Below are positions 59,662 through 64,000 of a DNA stretch of 64,000 bases, piece by piece. How positions within the stretch are numbered: the first letter of the stretch is position 1; every line of letters starts with the position of its first letter. This DNA comes from an uncultured virus (IMG/VR IMGVR_UViG_3300042363_000251) (lineage: Duplodnaviria > Heunggongvirae > Uroviricota > Caudoviricetes). A program made the translations under genes and the position numbers. A model generated the notes under the pieces. The model was given only the letters and a program-made list of their open reading frames with translations, made no database searches and was not told where the DNA came from. Where the stretch lies: IMG/VR virus record IMGVR_UViG_3300042363_000251; one strand, written 5' to 3'.

Positions 59662-59736
59662 ATTATATTAGTGTATCAGAATTAGAAAGAATGTCAAGCC
59701 TTCTATCAAAAATAAAAGGCTTGACCTATCAGTTAC

Positions 59737-60210
59737 TTACACCGATTCTAGGTACTTATTTTGATCAGAACAAATGTCAATGATACTAAACATAGGTTTA
59801 GACGTAAAGGGTCCGTAGGGCATGTGCTCTTTTTTCACGCGATATACGGGAAGACCGAATTTTCTGATTCTATTCTCGAACCAATTCTGTAGATCGTTAT
59901 ACGTCTGACCGCTGTTAGGATCTATCCACTCCCATACCCATTGGTCAAGTTTGATACTAACATGCGCTTGTAGCAATCTACGAGACTCTTCTAAATCTGT
60001 TACTACATCTGTGGGCCCATAGTACAGATCATTAAATTGTTGAGCACATCCAGTATGACCTATATAAGCTTTGATTCGTTTCTCTTCATGGGTTGTTCTA
60101 CCCCAACCGTCGGTGTGAACAAATATATCTGATCCGACAGTTAGCGGTATTTTATGACCTGTTTTTATGAGATAAAGACCGGTCGTAGAATCATCCTTTA
60201 GTGCAATCAT
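59737..60210 (-). CDS. Hypothetical protein, possible GIY-YIG/T5orf172-like nuclease
   Basis: GLYLI...GWGRT....RIKAY...LEE pattern; ATGA overlap with the upstream gene. Confidence 0.45.
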   Translation of the reverse strand: MIALKDDSTTGLYLIKTGHKIPLTVGSDIFVHTDGWGRTTHEEKRIKAYIGHTGCAQQFNDLYYGPTDVVTDLEESRRLLQAHVSIKLDQWVWEWIDPNSGQTYNDLQNWFENRIRKFGLPVYRVKKEHMPYGPFTSKPMFSIIDICSDQNKYLESV

Positions 60211-61484
60211 TTTACAAACCTCTCAGTAACACAAGTGTCTAAAAAGTCGTAAATATCAGTTTGAGAAAATATACCAGTGTCTGCGATTTCCAATACACGA
60301 TGACTTCCACCGTTTCTGACATAAGCTCTGCACACGACACCGGAAGCAGCATTGAACGGGGCAGTGGGCACATCAACCAGCGCACCGTGCTTGTGTTTAT
60401 AATGCTCTTCCCATGCTCTTTTAGTTTGGGTAGCCAAGTTATTTTGCGTATAAAACCCTTTACGTAATGTACCCATGATCTCATCCATAAAACTACGGAA
60501 GTTTTTATCGTTTCGGGTTTTGTAAATCTTTGTTTCAATAAACTCTTTGTAGAAGCTTTCAAAGAAACCGAATTCGGAGTTATGAAGTGGTTCTCCCGGG
60601 TAATACAAATCATGTTCAGCCGTGATATGATCTAGTACCTTACTAGACCTGGAAACTACTGCTTGAATGTGTGTAATAGAGCCAGCTAATCCACTATTAT
60701 CTTTATCTTCTTTCTTGATAAGTGTGCAGTTGTTTTTCTCAATACTTTCTACTTTAACATGATTTTCCCATGCGTCTGCATCATCTTCTTTGGTTTTACC
60801 ATCAATACGAATTTTATACACATCATTACGTATCATAGTATATTCGTCAACGTTTCTTCTACCTTTTCCGTTAACGAATGTGAAAAGATCACGCGCAAAG
60901 CTACGATCAGAAGTTTCTACATACCACACAGGAACCATAAACTCTTTGTTACCAGTAATGTCTGACCATATCTTAGCAACAAAAAGAATCATTTGAGCAG
61001 TAGTATTATGTTGACCATCACATGCATGGTACCTTTCTACTCCCGGATCTTTTACTGCAAAAACCGGACTGATTCGCCATGGATGAAAGTTTTCCAAGAT
61101 TTCAAACAAGTGATTTATAATGATATCCCGCTGAATATCTAAGTCAATCACAATTTTACTGATAGGTACTAGTTTGAAGTCAGGACGATCAGACATTTTC
61201 AATTTACCTTCAAACTTCTTTTTAATTCTGCGAATAAGAGAATCGAACCTAGGATCCTTTTCTATTTCTTTCACCCGATCTGCAAAAGATATTTCATTGT
61301 GTGAACCAACAGACCGTTTCATTTCATTTTCAGGATAAAGAATATCAGGATCCTTAGGTTGGTGATTCCATTTAAACTTATAAGGGTCTACCTTTGCTTG
61401 TTTTGCTACTTTCTTAGCGAGAACCCGCTCTTGGTTACGGGTGATGTTGTTAGAATCTTTTTCAAGCATTTTGTTAGCTTTCAT
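60207..61484 (-). CDS. ParB/Srx-like (DGQH-motif) protein
   Basis: VPISKIVIDLDIQRD...FHP...P.....YHACDGQH...F...N. Confidence 0.65.
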   Translation of the reverse strand: MKANKMLEKDSNNITRNQERVLAKKVAKQAKVDPYKFKWNHQPKDPDILYPENEMKRSVGSHNEISFADRVKEIEKDPRFDSLIRRIKKKFEGKLKMSDRPDFKLVPISKIVIDLDIQRDIIINHLFEILENFHPWRISPVFAVKDPGVERYHACDGQHNTTAQMILFVAKIWSDITGNKEFMVPVWYVETSDRSFARDLFTFVNGKGRRNVDEYTMIRNDVYKIRIDGKTKEDDADAWENHVKVESIEKNNCTLIKKEDKDNSGLAGSITHIQAVVSRSSKVLDHITAEHDLYYPGEPLHNSEFGFFESFYKEFIETKIYKTRNDKNFRSFMDEIMGTLRKGFYTQNNLATQTKRAWEEHYKHKHGALVDVPTAPFNAASGVVCRAYVRNGGSHRVLEIADTGIFSQTDIYDFLDTCVTERFVK

Positions 61485-61519
61485 GACATTCCTTATTGAA
61501 GTAAAGTTATAGTTTCTAT

Positions 61520-61548
61520 ATAGTATTAGATAAATTGAGTATTGTCAA
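61520..61548 (-). promoter_or_regulatory. Sigma70-type promoter for the DGQH cassette
   Basis: TTGACA-17nt-TACTAT. Confidence 0.7.
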
Positions 61549-61582
61549 GCTTTTTTAAAAATATTTTATAAAACCACTGAGC

Positions 61583-61765
61583 TAAGTTACTGATTTACAA
61601 ACATAATTTTAACAAAGAATCAATAACTTACGTTACCTGCGTGAAATCTTAACCAGAGATCATAGTCAACATGCTCAAGCAATAACAGCCAAAAAGAAAC
61701 CCCATTGAAATCAACAACTTACTAAAAACATCTGATTCTGTAAGTTGCTGATTTCTTTGGGGTTT
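61583..61765. promoter_or_regulatory. Cluster of four IHF-consensus-like sites, two forming a long inverted repeat
   Basis: AATCA(A/G)NAACTTA at 61583-61595(-), 61618-61630(+), 61709-61721(+), 61741-61753(-). Confidence 0.55.
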
Positions 61766-61770
61766 GTTAA

Positions 61771-62622
61771 TTACTCAGTAGTAGCTAGAGCCTGTGCTTT
61801 ACGCTGATTCAACACTTCCTGAATCAAGCGGGCTACTTCTACTCGCTCGGCATCAGTCAGTACACTTGCTTCACGTACAGCAGCTTCCTGAACCGACTTA
61901 GCAAAAGCTTCGTCAGCCTTGTCCTTGTCAATCTCGTCCACTACTTCGTAACAACATGCACGACCTTTTGAATCGTTGTAGTCGTTAGGAATTGACACAA
62001 CATCACGGGGGTTGATCTTAACGATCACGATACGCGCACCACCAAAGTGGTTCAAGTAATCGCGTGAGCAAAAGTGCAAGCCAGTAGAACAAGTTTGGTT
62101 CTGATCGTCATCCACTCGGTTGCGTTCCATTTCTACTACCTGACCCACTGAGTTATTCATTTTGCCAGTGTGACAGTCAGTATAGTCCTGACGAATTTTC
62201 TTGTAAGCCAAGAATGAGCCGTCGGGAGTAATCGGCAAACTGTTCTTTTCCAAGAAGCCATAAAGTTCAGTCACAGCCCGCTTGCTAGGGTTCTGCATCA
62301 AGTTCTCCATGAACGCTACCATGGGCTTGACATCAAAACCGTCTTGCAGCATACGGATCATGCGAGTAGCTAATGAGTTATGGAACTCTTCGCCTTTCCA
62401 GTACATAGTATCACCTTGAACAGCAATGTTGCCATTACCGTATTCCAAGATTACCTGTTTGGGATCAATAATGCTGTCTACAGTTTCCCAATCGTTTGCT
62501 TTGATAGCATCAACCACACGCTGATACATGGGGTGCGCCCTGCTTACCACGTGCGGCTTAGAGCCAATTACTACTGTTACTTGCGACCCTTGTACGATAT
62601 AGGGGTATGCCATTTTATTCAC
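61771..62622 (-). CDS. rIIB: rIIB-like protein
   Basis: NPSKRAV.ELYGFL, ITPDGSFLAYK, VEMERNRVDDD, CSTGLH, VKINPRDVVSIPNDY. Confidence 0.9.
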   Translation of the reverse strand: MNKMAYPYIVQGSQVTVVIGSKPHVVSRAHPMYQRVVDAIKANDWETVDSIIDPKQVILEYGNGNIAVQGDTMYWKGEEFHNSLATRMIRMLQDGFDVKPMVAFMENLMQNPSKRAVTELYGFLEKNSLPITPDGSFLAYKKIRQDYTDCHTGKMNNSVGQVVEMERNRVDDDQNQTCSTGLHFCSRDYLNHFGGARIVIVKINPRDVVSIPNDYNDSKGRACCYEVVDEIDKDKADEAFAKSVQEAAVREASVLTDAERVEVARLIQEVLNQRKAQALATTE

Positions 62623-64000
62623 CTTTCTGGTTGTTAATAATATTGTCGATCATGTTAATGTAATTCGCTACTTCCTGATCAGGGGCATAACGAATGTATT
62701 GCGCAAGAGGATAACGATTGTTAAGCTCGGTCACTTCTTGTTTGTACTTAGCAACGGTTGCTGTAACGTCAATATTTGTGTTTGTTTGAACCTTGTATTG
62801 ATTACATAACCATTGGACTGCATATTGAACTTTACTATCTACTTTCTTAACATCTTTGAATTCTGTGTGCAGCTTGAGATACGGGCTGTCAGCATTCACT
62901 TTACTAAACACATTGTACTTGTAAACTTCACCAAAGTCAATAGCTGATTTGATCAAACCCATTATCTGTTCATTACCGAATTTCTTCAGTTCCTGTTCAA
63001 CATACGTGTCCAGATGAACCCAGTTTGTCATGGATTCTACTTCTGCTAAGTCTGCTTTACGCACACCAAAAACCTCAACCCTGATGTTTGCATCGTTCAT
63101 ATATTGACGCAATGCTTTTACGTTATCAACTTTACCCAAAGATCCAAAGCCTTTGATGGGCAAGTAGTAGTGAGTTTCAGTTTTGCTAAAATCGTTTAGC
63201 TTGCCATTGGCGCGCCAAACCATGTCCTCACTGTTACTTCTGCCGCCCCTACGCTCCAAGTGCATAATGCTAACGTTCTTAGCCATACCTGCTTTGCGCG
63301 GCTTTTCATCAAGTGTACTTGCAAGACAAATTTGTGCTTGGGGTGGATTCCTGATTGCTGTAAAAAACGCAGCAGTATCCATTGCTTTAGTCTTGTCAGT
63401 AGGAGAAAGTACATACACTCTTTGATGAGTAATATTCTTGTTTTTCCAATGATACTTTGCACGTTCATAAGCACCTGTTTTGGTATCCTGAATTACAAAG
63501 TTGAGTTTTTCGTAAGGAGTAAAACTCCAAACAGCTTCGTATTCCCGCGTTTCTGTATTGTAAACACTATCTGAATTCTCAGTAGAACACCTGCTTCTAT
63601 AGTCAGAATCAAACGCTTTAACAGTAATGTTGTACCGTGATGCCAAATCACTTACTTTGATCTTAAAGGCTTGCGGATACAAGGAATACCCACCATTATT
63701 TTGAAACATGTCAAAATTTGTGTTCTGAATATACTGATATACTGCATCACGCCACATATTAGACTGAGACTTGTTGACCAAGAAATAAGTACGTTCCCAC
63801 AAGTTTTTAATCTTGTCAGCTTCAGTAGCTATATGTACTGTAAGTTGGTCACGCAACTGTTCAAGCTTTCGCTTGATTGCTTCTACTGTCATAGGAATGT
63901 AGCTCAAACCTTCACGCGATGCCTGAAAGTCCAGTTCGCCGATTGCAAATTCCATTACCAATCCGCAGTTGAGCAGACTACGCAAATCACCTAGTGTTTG
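62615..64000 (-). CDS. rIIA: rIIA-like protein (5' part outside the window)
   Basis: FAIGELDFQASREGLSY motif; directly upstream of rIIB; frame open to the window edge. Confidence 0.85.
   Translation of the reverse strand, partial: QTLGDLRSLLNCGLVMEFAIGELDFQASREGLSYIPMTVEAIKRKLEQLRDQLTVHIATEADKIKNLWERTYFLVNKSQSNMWRDAVYQYIQNTNFDMFQNNGGYSLYPQAFKIKVSDLASRYNITVKAFDSDYRSRCSTENSDSVYNTETREYEAVWSFTPYEKLNFVIQDTKTGAYERAKYHWKNKNITHQRVYVLSPTDKTKAMDTAAFFTAIRNPPQAQICLASTLDEKPRKAGMAKNVSIMHLERRGGRSNSEDMVWRANGKLNDFSKTETHYYLPIKGFGSLGKVDNVKALRQYMNDANIRVEVFGVRKADLAEVESMTNWVHLDTYVEQELKKFGNEQIMGLIKSAIDFGEVYKYNVFSKVNADSPYLKLHTEFKDVKKVDSKVQYAVQWLCNQYKVQTNTNIDVTATVAKYKQEVTELNNRYPLAQYIRYAPDQEVANYINMIDNIINNQKGE

Noticed and set aside
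60239..60613. 124-aa alternative-frame ORF nested in the DGQH gene
   Set aside because: Fully overlapped, no recognisable RBS or motif

Overview
This window is 64 kb of a large, AT-rich, T4-superfamily (contractile-tail, probably jumbo) bacteriophage genome, most genes on the minus strand. Virion genes: tail sheath, tail tube, neck gp13/gp14-like, tail terminator gp15-like, head-completion gp4-like, baseplate/Ig-like proteins, two fibre proteins and a GH19 lysin. Replication genes: gp41-like helicase, primase, clamp-loader subunits, UvsW, exonucleases, dNMP kinase and MazG. Host-like genes: clpA, dnaJ, two groES, phoH, def and iscA. An early region with rIIA/rIIB lies at the right end. Two promoter classes are visible: sigma70-like early promoters and a T4-like late TAAATA motif. 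The most unusual elements are: (1) a ~400-nt non-coding, GC-enriched, multi-helix RNA candidate with possible pseudoknots at 31.2-31.6 kb; (2) a miniaturised DnaE polymerase core split, without an intein, into two genes 39 kb apart; (3) a Pol-beta nucleotidyltransferase fused to an RNA-ligase-like domain, one of several proteins carrying prohead-protease-type cleavage motifs; (4) systematic leaderless-mRNA geometry, an ATT start codon and start-occluding hairpins. All calls come from reading motifs by eye; no database search or folding program was run.
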